Assembly: GCA_009780625.1 (NCBI GenBank)
Contig: WQZR01000001.1
Coordinates: 1 to 40,268, forward strand
Length of the DNA stretch: 40,268 nucleotides
Source: Bacillota bacterium
GTDB lineage: Bacteria; Bacillota; Clostridia; Christensenellales; UBA1242
Reading direction: 5' to 3'
Shown: positions 39,837 to 40,268 of the stretch, piece by piece
How the letters are laid out: each line of letters opens with the position of its first letter
Numbering within the stretch: the first letter of the stretch is position 1
The notes under the pieces: generated by a model
Database searches by the model: none
What the model was told of the DNA's origin: nothing
What the model saw: the letters and a program-made list of their open reading frames with translations, nothing else
Program-made: the position numbers and the translations under genes

Positions 39837-40268
39837 ATGGCAAAAAAGAAAAAGGTGTCAAGATTTAGAAGATTTTGTAGACGCGTAGATAGAACAATAA
39901 GTTTTTTATTGATTACCGCAATAGTTCTTGCAACACCTTGTGCATTTGCCTTTTGGTTTGTTCCAATCTCTGGCGACAGAGTTAAGTTTATAGCACACCG
40001 CGGTTTAAGCAGTGCATTCTATGAAAACACAGTTCAAGCCTTTGCAGCAGCAGGGCAAAGCAATTTCTTCTATGCAATTGAAACAGATGTCCGCGTGACA
40101 AGTGATGGCTATTTTGTTCTGGCTCATTGCGACGACCAGTTTCAAGATGGGACAAAAAAAGTTAGCGAAATTACACTAGAAGAAGCACGTTTGTTGCCGC
40201 TTAGAAACCCAGACTATCGCATTGCCACATTCGAAGAGTTTTTAGACATTTGCGTTCAATATAACAAA
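39837..40268 (+). CDS. Glycerophosphodiester phosphodiesterase family protein, 3'-truncated by the window edge
   Basis: Own translation: N-terminal TM, then KFIAHRGLSSAFYENTVQAF...AIETDVRVTSDGYFVLAHCDD (GDPD HR...E.D motifs). Open to the end of the window. Confidence 0.85.
   Translation, partial: MAKKKKVSRFRRFCRRVDRTISFLLITAIVLATPCAFAFWFVPISGDRVKFIAHRGLSSAFYENTVQAFAAAGQSNFFYAIETDVRVTSDGYFVLAHCDDQFQDGTKKVSEITLEEARLLPLRNPDYRIATFEEFLDICVQYNK

Overview
This is a chromosomal segment from a low-GC, endospore-forming Bacillota-like bacterium. It uses the standard genetic code (TGA is a stop), and sporulation genes are present: spoVT, a SpoIVFB-like M50 protease and yqfC/yqfD. I call about 48 genes, mostly on the + strand. 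Housekeeping genes are truA, rplM-rpsI, degV, minD-minE, a Ppx/GppA phosphatase, rluB, ruvA-ruvB-queA and gpmI. There are four tRNAs: Ile-GAU, plus a cluster of Asp-GUC, CAU and Tyr-GUA. Other content: three surface lipoproteins with Gly-rich lipoboxes (one is 1404 aa with seven ~100-aa modules), an MFS transporter, a NifU-like/GGGtGRT gene pair, three ATP-grasp proteins, three paralogous small membrane proteins, and a visibly AT-richer accessory islet (KilA-N protein plus a membrane protein).

The outstanding signal is a family of 25-26 nt hairpin repeats that start with GTAG (consensus about GTAGGGGTCGCRCCTNAGRGCGACCC). This is the canonical REP architecture, and a REP-associated tyrosine transposase (RAYT) gene lies at 4173-4760. 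Twelve copies are visible. Ten of them lie inside protein-coding genes and keep the reading frame open. They encode VGVAPxxDP-type peptides in one orientation and GSxxGATPT in the other. Hosts include truA, ruvA, queA (twice) and the RAYT gene itself, where an exact inverted pair brackets the HUH motif.

Secondary observations:
- A G10 tract forms the spacer of a promoter.
- Several genes have a -10 box 5-7 nt upstream of the ATG and no Shine-Dalgarno sequence, suggesting leaderless mRNAs.
- A small protein carries a QLSLF (clamp-binding-like) motif.
- An orphan unit consists of a promoter, an operator-like palindrome, an 8-codon ORF and a terminator.
- A PPP-type phosphatase has a very large insertion.
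- A P-loop ATPase appears truncated next to tRNA-Ile.

All family assignments come from motif recognition by eye. No searches were run.
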